DNA of 64,000 nt from an uncultured Pseudomonadota bacterium (GTDB lineage Bacteria; Pseudomonadota; Alphaproteobacteria; JACZXZ01), in NCBI GenBank assembly GCA_963749075.1, contig CAVVLJ010000004.1, positions 384,001 through 448,000 of the forward strand, written 5' to 3'. The translations under genes and the position numbers were made by a program. Below the pieces are notes generated by a model. It did no database searches. It saw only the letters and a list, made by a program, of their open reading frames with translations, and had not been told where the DNA came from. Positions 10,736-20,680 of this stretch are shown here, in pieces (the first letter of the stretch is position 1; each line of letters starts with the position of its first letter).

Positions 10736-11580
10736 AGCTCCTCATGTGCGGCGACGTGATGGGCCGCGCCGGGCGCAAGGCGGTGATCCGCCAGGTGCCG
10801 CTCTTGCGCAAGGCGCTCGACCTCGATTTCGTCGTGGTCAACGGCGAGAACGCGGCCGGCGGCTTCGGCATCACCGGCGACATCTGCCAGGAGTTCTATG
10901 CCGCGGGCGTCGATGCCATCACCACCGGCAACCACGTGTGGGACCAGAAGGAGACGCTCGCCTACATCCAGCGCGACACCAAGCTCCTGCGCCCGCACAA
11001 CTACCCGCTCAATACGCCGGGCCGCGGCGTCGGCGTCTTCGCCGCGCGCGGGGGAAAGCGCATCGTGGTGCTGCACATGATGACGCGGCTCTACATGGAG
11101 GCGCTCGACTGCCCCTTCGTCGGCCTCGACCAGCAGCTCGAGGTCTTCAAGCTCGGCAAGAACGCGGATTTCATCCTGGTCGACATCCACGGCGAGGCGA
11201 CGAGCGAGAAGATGTCCGTCGGCCACCATTGCGACGGCCGCGTCTCGGCCGTCATCGGCACCCATTCCCACGTGCCGACCGCGGACGCGCAGATTCTCCC
11301 GGGCGGTACCGCCTACCAGACCGATCTCGGCATGTGCGGCGACTACGACTCGGTGATCGGCATGAAGAAGGAGCCGGCGGTCGCCCGCTTCGTGACCAAG
11401 CTCAAGGGCGAGCGGCTCACCCCCGCCGAAGGCGAGGCGACGCTCTGTGCCGCCTATGTCGAGAGCGACGACGCGACGGGATTGGCCAGGCACATCGCGC
11501 CCGTGCGGCTCGGCGGGCGCCTCCAGCCGCACTGGCCGCTCCCGGCACCCGCGGGTGCCCTCAAGGTGCCGCCGGTCTGA
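10732..11580 (+). CDS. ymdB: YmdB-like (TIGR00282) metallophosphoesterase
   Basis: GDVMG, NGENAAGG, GNHVWD, DIHGEATSEK, GTHSHVPTAD, GMCGDYDSVIG. Confidence 0.92.
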   Translation: MKLLMCGDVMGRAGRKAVIRQVPLLRKALDLDFVVVNGENAAGGFGITGDICQEFYAAGVDAITTGNHVWDQKETLAYIQRDTKLLRPHNYPLNTPGRGVGVFAARGGKRIVVLHMMTRLYMEALDCPFVGLDQQLEVFKLGKNADFILVDIHGEATSEKMSVGHHCDGRVSAVIGTHSHVPTADAQILPGGTAYQTDLGMCGDYDSVIGMKKEPAVARFVTKLKGERLTPAEGEATLCAAYVESDDATGLARHIAPVRLGGRLQPHWPLPAPAGALKVPPV

Positions 11581-11582
11581 GC
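11423..11582 (+). repeat. Direct repeat copy 1: functional 3' end of ymdB
   Basis: 160 bp matching 12977-13136 (offset 1554), 9 mismatches by eye; 11518-11582 identical. Confidence 0.95.
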
Positions 11583-11630
11583 CGATCACAGCACGCGCCC
11601 GTCTGTGCGAGCTCTCGCGATATGCCGGCT

Positions 11631-12855
11631 TCAGCCCCAGAGGCAGGGCAATGGTGCTGCGAACTGCCGATCGCCGAAGGGAATGACCTCCTCGCCGTCA
11701 TAGAGCACGACGCCAAGCTTGAAGGCGCTCCCCACCGCGCTCGATAACCTTTCAAGGCCGCGAAAATCCGAGGTCTTCACGCTCGCCGCAGCCTTGACCT
11801 CGATGCCGACGATGTCGCCTGCGTCGTTTTCGAGGACGATGTCGACCTCGCGCTGGTCCTTGTCCCGGTAATGGAAGAACGAGATACGCTCCTCCGCCCA
11901 CGAAGCCTGTTTCAAGAGTTCCGCGTAGGTAAAGCTCTCGAGAAATGGCCCGAGCGCGCCGTGGTCTGCCCGCAATTTGGCAAGCGATTGGCCACGGACG
12001 GCAGCGAGCAGCCCGGCATCGAGAAAGTGCAGCTTTGGAGACTTGGTGAGCCGTTTCAACTCGTTGCGGAACCAGGGACGAATATGTTGCACCAGAAATA
12101 GCTGCTTCAGGATGCCGATGTAGCGATCGGCGGTTTTGTGATCGAGTTCGGACTCTTGCCCCGATTTCGGAGAGATTGACGAGCCGGCCGGAGAATTGCG
12201 CCACGAGTTCTACCAAGTGCCGCAGCTGTCCGAGCTTCTCGACGGCCGCGATTTCGCGAATGTCGCGGGCGATGATCGCTTCGATGTAGGCCCGGCACCA
12301 ATCCCGCCGTCGCCGCTCGCTCGGTCTTGCCAGGACCTCAGGGTATCCTCCAGCCAGGATGGTGGAGATCAGATCATCACCGATCAGCCGCTCGGCCGGC
12401 GCGGGCAGTTCTCCTGCGAAGACTCGTGCAAGAAAGCTAGGCTTGCGGCGGCTGAGCACCTCGGCGCGCGAAAGCGGATAGAGGGGCACGACCTCCATAC
12501 GGCCGGCGAGGGACTCCTTGACCTTGGGGATCGTCAGAACGTGGGCTGAGCCCGTCAGCAAGAAGCGGCCGGGGCGGCGATCGTCGTCGACGGATCGCTT
12601 GATCGCGAGCAGCAACTCCGGTGCGCGTTGGACCTCGTCGATGACGGCCCGCTCAAGGCCGCGAATGAAGCCGACCGCATCGCGGCGCGCGGCTTCCAGC
12701 GTGGTGGCGTCATCGAGCGTGACGTAGCGGCGCTCCCGGCCCGCGAATTTCTGCGCCAAGGTGGTCTTGCCCGACTGCCGCGGGCCGTTCAAGGCGACCA
12801 CTGGCGTATCGGCCAGCGCCTCGCGGAGTCTGTGCTCGACGAAACGCGGATACAC
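11631..12855 (-). CDS. AAA+ ATPase (AAA_14) with C-terminal DUF4143 / PD-(D/E)xK nuclease domain; apparent +1 frameshift near 12150
   Basis: Walker A GPRQSGKT, Walker B VIDEVQ, LTGS, ESLAGR, GGYP, then KSPKLHFLD, ES and EVDIVLE..GIEVK. Two ORFs join if one base is removed near 12150. Confidence 0.88.
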
Positions 12856-12896
12856 GGGTCCAGCTCATCCCGCTTGCTGCGGCGGCGCTAGAGTAT

Positions 12897-12967
12897 CGAC
12901 AAATTGGGATTTCTGCAACGTCCGTTTGGGAAAATCAGACCGTCCAATTGGGAAGTAAAAGCCGTGC
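12897..12967. promoter_or_regulatory. Three 22-bp-phased direct repeats upstream of the AAA-DUF4143 gene
   Basis: TTGGGA at 12904, 12926 and 12948; CGTCC/CGTCC/CGTGC at 12919, 12941 and 12963. Confidence 0.75.
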
Positions 12968-12976
12968 GCCCAAGCG

Positions 12977-13136
12977 CCGCCGAGGGCGAGGCGACGCTCT
13001 GCGCCGCCTATGTGGAGAGCGACGATGCGACGGGATTGGCCAAGCACATTGCACCCGTGCGCCTCGGCGGACGCCTCCAGCCGCACTGGCCGCTCCCGGC
13101 ACCCGCGGGTGCCCTCAAGGTGCCGCCGGTCTGAGC
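12977..13136 (+). repeat. Direct repeat copy 2: detached duplicate of the ymdB 3' end (gene fragment)
   Basis: Encodes AEGEATLCAAYVESDDATGLAKHIAPVRLGGRLQPHWPLPAPAGALKVPPV*, the same as the YmdB C-terminus apart from R>K. Confidence 0.95.
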
Positions 13137-13150
13137 AGGTGCTGCGCGCT

Positions 13151-13360
13151 TCAGCTATGCTGGGCCCCGGGGCGCTCTTTCGCGTAATAGAGCACGGCGG
13201 AGACGACGACCCAGGCGCCTGCTACGATGTACCAGGGGAAGATGCCGCTCAGCGCGATGATCACCGACAGGGCCAGCGCATAGAAATAAAGGAGAGCAAC
13301 GGCAAAGGTGCTGACGCCCACGAAAACGTTCCGCACCCGCCCCTCGGTCCCTGCCGTCAT
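13151..13360 (-). CDS. Small membrane protein, two predicted TM helices
   Basis: ATG at 13360 after a GAGGG RBS; two long hydrophobic stretches. Confidence 0.6.
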   Translation of the reverse strand: MTAGTEGRVRNVFVGVSTFAVALLYFYALALSVIIALSGIFPWYIVAGAWVVVSAVLYYAKERPGAQHS

Positions 13361-13553
13361 TGTTTCTTCCCTCTCGGTTAAGGTTCGCTCGGCTGCCGCA
13401 ATTGGGCTACCCCTCCCGAGGCCGCGACGCGCCGCTCGGCGCGCAGCCTGCGAGCATTGCCAGCGTAGCACGAATCGCTCGCCGCCTCGTCTCTAATATA
13501 TCCGCCGGCCTTGCGCGCGGCGAGGGAGAACGCCGCGGCTCGCCTCGCGATTG

Positions 13554-13916
13554 CTAGCCCTTGCGCTCGAGATGCATGAGCCGTCTGCATCCGGCCCCCA
13601 TGGTCCCGCCGCCGGAGCTGGTATAAGTGGCTTCGAACGTCTTGCCCTCGAACTTACCCGAGAACATCTCGCCCCCGATCGTGCCGCGGAAGGTGCCGTC
13701 GGCGCCGACCTTGCCCTTCACGGCAACGCCGGCGCTGCCCCAGGCGCTCGTCCCGCTCACGATGCCATCGGCGACGGTGAGGGTGACCGAGGTCTGCGGC
13801 ATGCGGCACGTCGGCCCGGCGCCTCCTTGATAGGTGCCGTCGAAGGGACCGGCGGAGAACGCCGTGCCCGCGAAGAGCGTCAGGCCGGTAACGCTGACGA
13901 TGAGCAGCTTGCGCAT
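13554..13916 (-). CDS. Small secreted protein of unknown function
   Basis: Signal peptide [31 protein letters not shown], two Cys, beta-rich Gly pattern; AGGGGG RBS. Confidence 0.7.
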   Translation of the reverse strand: MRKLLIVSVTGLTLFAGTAFSAGPFDGTYQGGAGPTCRMPQTSVTLTVADGIVSGTSAWGSAGVAVKGKVGADGTFRGTIGGEMFSGKFEGKTFEATYTSSGGGTMGAGCRRLMHLERKG

Positions 13917-14087
13917 CGGATGCCCCCCTTGCATTCGTGCCGCCATTGTCATGGCGTGGCTGCGCTGCTGTCAATCGCGTCGCGGCCGCCGGGCCCGCGG
14001 GGCGGAGCCAATGCGCTTTTCCGGCGGCACCCGGAGTGTTAGAACCACGCGCGTTGCAGCACTCCTTCCCGGGCAGGCGTCCTCACG

Positions 14088-14852
14088 ATGAAGCGTTCCG
14101 AGCGGCCCACCGGACTGGACTACCTCGGCAATCCCGCCATCACGGAGCCTTTCGGCGTGGACCGGCCGGCGGCTCGCCTCCTCTTCGACTTCGCGGTGAT
14201 GGCGGCGTGCATCAATCCTCTCCTCGCCGAGCAGGCGTTCCTCGACTTCGGCGCCGGCTCGGGGTGGATGACCGAGCTGCTCGCGCGCATGGGCCGGCGC
14301 GTCGCGGCATTCGACCTCCACGGCAATCTCGAGAGCTGCCTGCAGCACCGCGTCGACGCGGACCTCCGCACGCGGCCCGAGCTCATCTCGTGGCGGCAGG
14401 GCGACGGGCACGCCATGCCCTTCGCCGATCGCTCCTTCGGCCACATCTTCTGCTACGACACCCTGCATCACATGCACGACTATCGGCGCGTCTTTGCCGA
14501 GTTCGCACGCGTGCTCGAGCCCGGCGGCCGCGCCATCTTCTCGGAGCCGGGTGCCCGCCACAGCACCATGCCGGCGACGATCGCCTTCCTTCAGGAGCAG
14601 AAGGCGCACGATCCGGCGTGGATCGAGCGCGACGTGGTCCTCGAGGAGATCGACGGCATCGCCCGCGCCGCCGGCTTCACGGGCCTCGCGGTGGTCCCCA
14701 CGCTGCCGCCCGACAGCCTCATTTCCTTCACCCTCTCCGATTGGCGGGCCTTCCGCGCCGGCAAGCGCTCGCTGCGGCGCGCCTTCGCGGACCGTCTCTC
14801 CGAGGTCAACTACGACTTCCATGTCGCCTTCTATTGCGATCTTGCGCGCTGA
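14088..14852 (+). CDS. Class I SAM-dependent methyltransferase
   Basis: [10 protein letters not shown] motif [25 protein letters not shown]. Confidence 0.85.
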   Translation: MKRSERPTGLDYLGNPAITEPFGVDRPAARLLFDFAVMAACINPLLAEQAFLDFGAGSGWMTELLARMGRRVAAFDLHGNLESCLQHRVDADLRTRPELISWRQGDGHAMPFADRSFGHIFCYDTLHHMHDYRRVFAEFARVLEPGGRAIFSEPGARHSTMPATIAFLQEQKAHDPAWIERDVVLEEIDGIARAAGFTGLAVVPTLPPDSLISFTLSDWRAFRAGKRSLRRAFADRLSEVNYDFHVAFYCDLAR

Positions 14853-15055
14853 GCGCCGCCGAGGGAGGGACGCGATCCCGTGCCTCCGCGATCGCCGCCA
14901 CTGAGAGGGCGGCCGAGATCAGCACCCCGGCCGAGACGCCCCAATCCTGCCATATTGCTCTGTTAGCTCGGGCGCCAGTCGCCGTGCGCCTGCCCACAAG
15001 ATATGGTATGATGGAAACTCGCAGCTCGCCTGCGCTAGCTCAATTCGCGGACTTT

Positions 15056-15808
15056 ATGGCCGGCCATTCGCAATTCAAGAACATCATGTACCGGAAGGGC
15101 GTGCAGGATGCCAAGCGCGCGCGCCTCTTTGCCAAGCTCATCCGCGAGATCATGGTGTCGGCGCGCTCAGGCCTGCCCGATCCCGCCGCCAACCCGCGCC
15201 TGCGCGCGGCGATCGCGGCGGCGCGCGATGCCAACATGCCGCGCGACACCATCGAGCGGGCGATCAAGCGGGCGACCGGCGGCGAGGAGGGGGCGATCTA
15301 CGACGAGGTGCGCTACGAGGGCTACGGACCGGGCGGCGTCGCCATCATCGTCGATGCGCTCACCGACAACCGCAAGCGCACCGCCTCCGACGTGCGCACC
15401 GCCTTCTCCAAGCACGGCGGCACGCTCGGCGAGACGAACAGCGTGAGCTTCCAGTTCAAGCGCATGGGCCAGATCGTCTACGGCGCCGCCACGGCCGGCG
15501 CCGACGCCATGTTCGAGGCCGCCCTCGAGGCGGGTGCCGACAACGTCGAATCGAGTGCTGCCGGGCACGAGGTGACGTGCCTTCCCGAGGACTTCGCCCA
15601 GGTGCGCGAGGCGCTCGAGAAGCGCTTCGGGCGGCCCGAGCGCGCCGGGCTCATGTGGAAGCCCCAGGCCGCGGTCGCGATGGCCAACGAGGAGGCGGCG
15701 CGCACCCTCCTCAAGCTCCTCGACCAGCTCGAGGACAACGACAACGTCCAGTCGGTCGCGGCCAACTTCGAGATTCCCGACGATCTCATGGCGAAGCTCG
15801 TCGGCTGA
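15056..15808 (+). CDS. yebC: YebC/PmpR family protein
   Basis: [25 protein letters not shown]; directly upstream of ruvC. Confidence 0.95.
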   Translation: MAGHSQFKNIMYRKGVQDAKRARLFAKLIREIMVSARSGLPDPAANPRLRAAIAAARDANMPRDTIERAIKRATGGEEGAIYDEVRYEGYGPGGVAIIVDALTDNRKRTASDVRTAFSKHGGTLGETNSVSFQFKRMGQIVYGAATAGADAMFEAALEAGADNVESSAAGHEVTCLPEDFAQVREALEKRFGRPERAGLMWKPQAAVAMANEEAARTLLKLLDQLEDNDNVQSVAANFEIPDDLMAKLVG

Positions 15809-15848
15809 GCGGCGTGCCGGTCACGGAAGGGCTGAGGAGCCGCAGCAC

Positions 15849-16367
15849 ATGCGCGTATTGGGGCTGGATCCGGGTCTGAGGCGGACGGGCTGGGGCATCA
15901 TCGAGGCCGCGGACGGCCGGCTCAGCCACGTGGCCAACGGCTCATTCGGCTCCGACGCCGCGCTCGGGGTGGCCATGCGGCTCGTCCAGCTCTACGACGG
16001 CTTACACGCGGTGATCGCGCGCTATGCCCCGCTCGAGGCGGCGGTCGAGGAGACCTTCGTCAACAAGAACCCGAGCTCGACCCTGAAGCTCGGCCTGGCG
16101 CGCGCCATCGCCCTCTTGGCCCCGGCGCGCGCCGGCCTCGTGGTCACCGAATATCCCACCAATCTCGTCAAGAAAAGCGTGGTCGGCGCGGGCCACGCCG
16201 GCAAGGAGCAGATCCAGGTCATGGTGCGGCACCTGCTTCCCGCCGCCGAGATCGCGGACGCGGATGCGGCGGACGCGCTCGCGGTCGCCATCTGCCACGC
16301 CCATCACGCCGCCACCTTGAGCCGTTGGCACGCCTTCGCCGGCGCTGCCGGCAGGCGCCGCGCATGA
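15849..16367 (+). CDS. ruvC: Holliday junction resolvase RuvC
   Basis: [27 protein letters not shown]. Confidence 0.96.
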   Translation: MRVLGLDPGLRRTGWGIIEAADGRLSHVANGSFGSDAALGVAMRLVQLYDGLHAVIARYAPLEAAVEETFVNKNPSSTLKLGLARAIALLAPARAGLVVTEYPTNLVKKSVVGAGHAGKEQIQVMVRHLLPAAEIADADAADALAVAICHAHHAATLSRWHAFAGAAGRRRA

Positions 16368-16975
16368 TCGCCAAGCTCGCCGGTCTCGTCGATCAGGCAG
16401 GCGACGGCTCGGTCGTCATCGACGTGGGCGGCGTCGGCTATCTCGTGTTCTGCTCGAGCCGCACGCTCGGCCGCCTGCCGCCGCGCGGCGAGAGCGCTGC
16501 CCTCCTCGTCGAGACGCAGGTGAGCCAGGACCACATCCATCTCTACGGTTTCGCCGACCAGGCCGAGCGCAGCTGGTTCCGCCTCCTCAATACGGTGCAG
16601 GGGGTGGGTGCCAAGGTGGCGCTCGCCATCCTCTCGGCCCTCGACCCGGGCCAGCTCGTGCAGGCGATCGCCGCCCAGGACAAGACGGCGCTTGCGCGCG
16701 CGCAAGGGGTGGGACCCAAGCTCGCCGGGCGCATCGTCTCCGAGCTCAAGGACAAGGCGGGCAACATCGCCCTCGGACCCGCCGCGGCGCTGGGTGCCGC
16801 CGCCTCGGCCGCCGCCCTCGGCAATGCCGGCGCCGACGCCGTCTCCGCCCTCGTCAACTTGGGCTATCGCCGCATGGAGGCCTTTGGCGTGATCGCCGAC
16901 GCCCGGCGCCGCCTCGGCGCCGAGGCGAGCTTCGACGCCCTCGTCAAGGCAGGTCTCAGGGAGCTCAGCCAATGA
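16364..16975 (+). CDS. ruvA: Holliday junction branch migration protein RuvA
   Basis: [34 protein letters not shown]. Confidence 0.96.
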   Translation: MIAKLAGLVDQAGDGSVVIDVGGVGYLVFCSSRTLGRLPPRGESAALLVETQVSQDHIHLYGFADQAERSWFRLLNTVQGVGAKVALAILSALDPGQLVQAIAAQDKTALARAQGVGPKLAGRIVSELKDKAGNIALGPAAALGAAASAAALGNAGADAVSALVNLGYRRMEAFGVIADARRRLGAEASFDALVKAGLRELSQ

Positions 16976-18033
16976 CGGGCGAGGCGCCGGCCGAGACGCG
17001 CATCGTAGAGGGCGGCTTCGCCGGTGAGGACGTGCCGGAGGCCTCGCTCCGCCCGCAGACCCTCGACGAGTTCGTCGGCCAGGCCGCGGTCAGGGCCAAT
17101 CTGCGCGTCTTCGTGGCGGCGGCGCGCGCGCGGCGCGAGGCGCTCGACCACGTGCTGCTCTCAGGCCCCCCCGGCCTCGGCAAGACCACGCTCGCCCAGA
17201 TCATCGCGCGCGAGCTCGGCGTCGGCTTCCGCGCCACCTCGGGACCGGTCATCGCGCGCGCCGGCGACCTGGCGGCGCTCCTCACCAATCTCCAGGTGCG
17301 CGACGTGCTCTTCATCGACGAGATCCACCGCCTCAATCCCGCGGTCGAGGAAATCCTCTATCCCGCCATGGAGGACTTCCAGCTCGACCTCATCATCGGC
17401 GAGGGGCCGGCCGCGCGCTCCGTGCGGATCGACCTGCCGCCCTTCACCCTCGTCGGCGCCACCACGCGCTCGGGCCGCATCACCACTCCCTTGCGCGAGC
17501 GCTTCGGCATTCCGCTGCGCCTCGCCTTTTACACGGAGGGCGAGCTCGTGCAGATCGTGCGCCGCGGCGCGCGCGTGCTCGGCATCACGCTCTCGGCGGA
17601 GGGTGCCGCCGAGATCGCCCGGCGGGCGCGCGGCACGCCGCGCATCGCGGGCCGCCTCCTGCGCCGGGTGCGCGATTTCGCCGCCATCGACGGCTTGGCC
17701 GAGATCGACCGCGCGGCGGCGGACGCGGCGCTCACGCGGCTCGAGGTCGATCAGGCCGGGCTCGACGCCATGGATCGGCGCTACCTCGGCTGCCTCGCCG
17801 ACAATTACGCGGGCGGACCCGCGGGAATCGAGACCCTCTCGGCAGCGCTCGGCGAGCAGCGCGACGTGCTCGAGGAGGTCATCGAGCCCTACCTCATCCA
17901 GCAGGGCCTGGTGCAGCGCACGCCGCGCGGCCGCATGCTCGCCGCCCAGGGTTACCGCTACCTCGGCTTGACGCCGGCAGCGCCGCCGCAGCTCAGCCTC
18001 GAGATCGAGGGCGGGGAGGACGCGGATGGCTGA
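16972..18033 (+). CDS. ruvB: Holliday junction DNA helicase RuvB
   Basis: [36 protein letters not shown]. Confidence 0.97.
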   Translation: MTGEAPAETRIVEGGFAGEDVPEASLRPQTLDEFVGQAAVRANLRVFVAAARARREALDHVLLSGPPGLGKTTLAQIIARELGVGFRATSGPVIARAGDLAALLTNLQVRDVLFIDEIHRLNPAVEEILYPAMEDFQLDLIIGEGPAARSVRIDLPPFTLVGATTRSGRITTPLRERFGIPLRLAFYTEGELVQIVRRGARVLGITLSAEGAAEIARRARGTPRIAGRLLRRVRDFAAIDGLAEIDRAAADAALTRLEVDQAGLDAMDRRYLGCLADNYAGGPAGIETLSAALGEQRDVLEEVIEPYLIQQGLVQRTPRGRMLAAQGYRYLGLTPAAPPQLSLEIEGGEDADG

Positions 18034-18511
18034 GGCGGCCGCGCGCGGCGCTGCGCCGGAGGGTGTCGGAGCGGGCGTGGCAGAGTGCCTCCCGGAGGGA
18101 GTTCACGTCTTCCCCGTGCGCGTCTATTACGAGGATACGGACGCCGCCGGCATCGTCTACCATGCCAACTACCTGCGTTTCGCCGAGCGCGCGCGCACCG
18201 AGATGATGCGCGCCTTCGGCATCGAGAGCTCGAGGCTCCTGGGCGGCCAAGGGCTCGGCTTCGCGGTCGTGCGCTGCACCGTCGATTTTCTCAGGCCCGC
18301 GCGCCTCGACGACGCGCTCGAAGTGCGCACGCGCGTGCTCGAGGTGGGGCGCGCGAGCCTGGCCGCCGAGCAGAGCGTCGAGCGCTCAGGCGTCGTCCTC
18401 GCGCGCATTTTCCTCCGCCTCGCCATGCTCGACCGCAGCGGCCGGGCCGTCCGCCTGCCGCCTTCCATCCGCAACACGCTCATAAATTTGTCGCAATCTG
18501 GGGAGAGATAG
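18026..18511 (+). CDS. ybgC: Tol-Pal-associated acyl-CoA thioesterase
   Basis: [26 protein letters not shown]. Confidence 0.93.
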   Translation: MAEAAARGAAPEGVGAGVAECLPEGVHVFPVRVYYEDTDAAGIVYHANYLRFAERARTEMMRAFGIESSRLLGGQGLGFAVVRCTVDFLRPARLDDALEVRTRVLEVGRASLAAEQSVERSGVVLARIFLRLAMLDRSGRAVRLPPSIRNTLINLSQSGER

Positions 18512-18519
18512 TTGGTGCC

Positions 18520-19248
18520 ATGCAACAGACCGCAGTCGACGTCCTCAACCTAGGCGGCTCGATGCCGTCGTCAGACCTCTCGATGTGGGGTCTCTTTTTT
18601 CGCGCCGACGTGATCGTCAAGACGGTGCTCCTCCTGCTCCTCTTCGCCTCGTTCTGGAGCTGGTCGATCATCTTCGAGAAGATACTGCGGCTGCGCAAGC
18701 TGAGGCGCCACACCGGCGCCTTCGAGGACGCCTTCTGGTCGGGCGGCTCCCTCGAGGAGCTTTACGACCGCATCGAGGGCAAGCCCCAGGACCCCATGGC
18801 GGCCATGTTCTCGGCCGCCATGCGGGAATGGCGCCGCTCGGTGAGCAAGGGCGTCAACATGAAGGAGGTGCGCGGCGGCCTGCAGGACCGCATCGAGCGC
18901 GTCATGCAGGTGACGCTCGGCCGCGAGATGGACCGGCTCGAGCGCTATCTCTCCTTCCTCGCCTCGGTCGGCTCGGTGGCGCCCTTCATCGGCCTCTTCG
19001 GCACGGTCTGGGGCATCATGGACAGCTTCCAGTCGATCGCCCTTACGCGCAACACCACGCTCGCCGTGGTGGCGCCGGGCATCGCCGAGGCGCTGTTTGC
19101 TACGGCGCTCGGCCTCGTCGCCGCCATCCCGGCGGTGGTCGCCTACAACAAGATCAACAACGACCTCCTGCGCTACTCGAGCCGCCTCGAGGCCTTCGCC
19201 GCCGAGTTCTCGGCCATCCTCTCGCGCCAGCTCGAGGAGAGGGCCTGA
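18520..19248 (+). CDS. tolQ: TolQ
   Basis: APFIGLFGTVWGIM, VAPGIAEALFATALGL. Confidence 0.95.
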   Translation: MQQTAVDVLNLGGSMPSSDLSMWGLFFRADVIVKTVLLLLLFASFWSWSIIFEKILRLRKLRRHTGAFEDAFWSGGSLEELYDRIEGKPQDPMAAMFSAAMREWRRSVSKGVNMKEVRGGLQDRIERVMQVTLGREMDRLERYLSFLASVGSVAPFIGLFGTVWGIMDSFQSIALTRNTTLAVVAPGIAEALFATALGLVAAIPAVVAYNKINNDLLRYSSRLEAFAAEFSAILSRQLEERA

Positions 19249-19250
19249 GG

Positions 19251-19760
19251 ATGGCGATCACGTTCAAGATGGCGAAGGCCGGCCGCAGCGGACGCGTGCG
19301 CCGCCCGGCCATGAGCGACATCAACGTGACGCCGATGGTCGACGTCATGCTCGTGCTGCTCGTCATCTTCATGGTGACGGCGCCGCTCCTCAATGTGGGC
19401 GTGCCCGTCGACCTGCCGAAGACGACGGCAGCCCCCATCACCGGCCAGGACGAGCCCCTCGTCGTCTCGATCAACGCAGAGGGCAAGGTCTATCTGCAGG
19501 AGACCGAGATCCCCATCGACAACTTGACGGCGCGCCTGCAGGCGGTCACCCAGAACAAGCCCGACACGCGCATCTTCGTGCGCGGCGACCGCAGCATCAA
19601 TTACGGCCGCGTCATGGAGGTGATGGGCATCATCAACCAGGCCGGCTTCAAGCACGTGGCCCTCGTCGCCGAGCTGCCGGCGATCCCGCCGGCGGGCGGG
19701 GCGGCACCCGCCGCAACACCGGCCGGCGGCGCCAACAAGGAGCAGAAAGGGGCGCACTGA
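19251..19760 (+). CDS. tolR: TolR
   Basis: SDINVTPMVDVMLVLLVIFMVTAP, RGDRSINYGRV. Confidence 0.95.
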   Translation: MAITFKMAKAGRSGRVRRPAMSDINVTPMVDVMLVLLVIFMVTAPLLNVGVPVDLPKTTAAPITGQDEPLVVSINAEGKVYLQETEIPIDNLTARLQAVTQNKPDTRIFVRGDRSINYGRVMEVMGIINQAGFKHVALVAELPAIPPAGGAAPAATPAGGANKEQKGAH

Positions 19761-19764
19761 GGCC

Positions 19765-20673
19765 ATGCGGCGAGGGATGATCTTCTCGAGCGTGCTGCAT
19801 ACGGCGGTCATCCTTCTCGCCGTCTTCGGCTTGCCGCACCTCACCAACCCGCCGCCCGTGATCGAGGAGCCCATCCCGGTCGAGCTGGCGACGCTCGCCG
19901 ACAAGACCAACGTGCCCGAGCCCGAGCACAAGCCGAAGCCGCAGCCGCAGAAGGCGGCGCTCCCGCTGCCGCCGGCACCGCCCTTGCCCGAGCCGCCCAA
20001 GGCCGAGCCGCCGCCGCCCAAGCCCGAGCCGCCCAAGGCCGAGACGCCGCCGCCGCCGCCCAAGCCCGAGCCGCCACAGGTGGCTCAGCTCCAGCCGCCG
20101 CCGGAGCCGGCGCCCGAGCCGCTGCCCAAGCCCAAGTCGGAGGTCAAGCCGGAGCCCAAGCCGCCGCAGCCGCAGCAGGTGCAGGCGCCGCAGCCGCCCA
20201 TCCCCGAGCCGCCCAAGGCCAAGCCCAAGCCGCCGCCCGACACCACGGTCGAGAAGATCCTCAAGAGCATCGAGCAGTCGAAGCCGCGCCCGCAGCCCGA
20301 TCAGGCGCAGAAGGTGATCAAGGAGGTGGCGCAGGCGACGCCGCACCCCCCGGCCTCGCTCGACAACAGGATGACGATGAGCGAGATCGACGCGGTGCGC
20401 GAGCAGATCGAGCGCTGCTGGAACGTGCCCGCGGGCGCCAAGGACGCCAAGGATCTCGTGGTCGACATCCATCTGACGATGAATCCGGACGGCACTGTGA
20501 GCAAGGCGCAGATCATCGACCAGGCACGCATGCAGACCGACACCTTCTTCCGCGCCGCGGCCGAGAGCGCCTACCGCGCCATCTTCCTGTGCCAGCCGCT
20601 GCACCTGCCGCCCGAGAAGTTCACGCTCTGGCAGGACATGACCTTGAGCTTCAATCCCAGCGAAATCCTCTAA
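19765..20673 (+). CDS. tolA: TolA-like energy transducer with proline-rich linker
   Basis: N-terminal TM with SxxxH, PEPPK repeats, C-terminal IERCWNVP domain; between tolR and tolB. Confidence 0.88.
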   Translation: MRRGMIFSSVLHTAVILLAVFGLPHLTNPPPVIEEPIPVELATLADKTNVPEPEHKPKPQPQKAALPLPPAPPLPEPPKAEPPPPKPEPPKAETPPPPPKPEPPQVAQLQPPPEPAPEPLPKPKSEVKPEPKPPQPQQVQAPQPPIPEPPKAKPKPPPDTTVEKILKSIEQSKPRPQPDQAQKVIKEVAQATPHPPASLDNRMTMSEIDAVREQIERCWNVPAGAKDAKDLVVDIHLTMNPDGTVSKAQIIDQARMQTDTFFRAAAESAYRAIFLCQPLHLPPEKFTLWQDMTLSFNPSEIL

Positions 20674-20680
20674 TAGGTGT

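Noticed and set aside
12904-13134. 76-aa ORF as an independent gene
   Set aside because: It is the duplicated ymdB tail read from a TTG inside the repeat array; no RBS and no catalytic motifs.
11423-13136. Diversity-generating retroelement (VR at a gene 3' end with a downstream TR)
   Set aside because: Mismatches are not adenine-specific in either copy, are nearly all synonymous, and there is no reverse transcriptase in the window.
19900-20240. Tandem repeats resembling a VNTR or CRISPR
   Set aside because: They encode the Pro/Lys/Glu linker of TolA; no constant repeat with unique spacers. No CRISPR array or cas gene was seen in the window.
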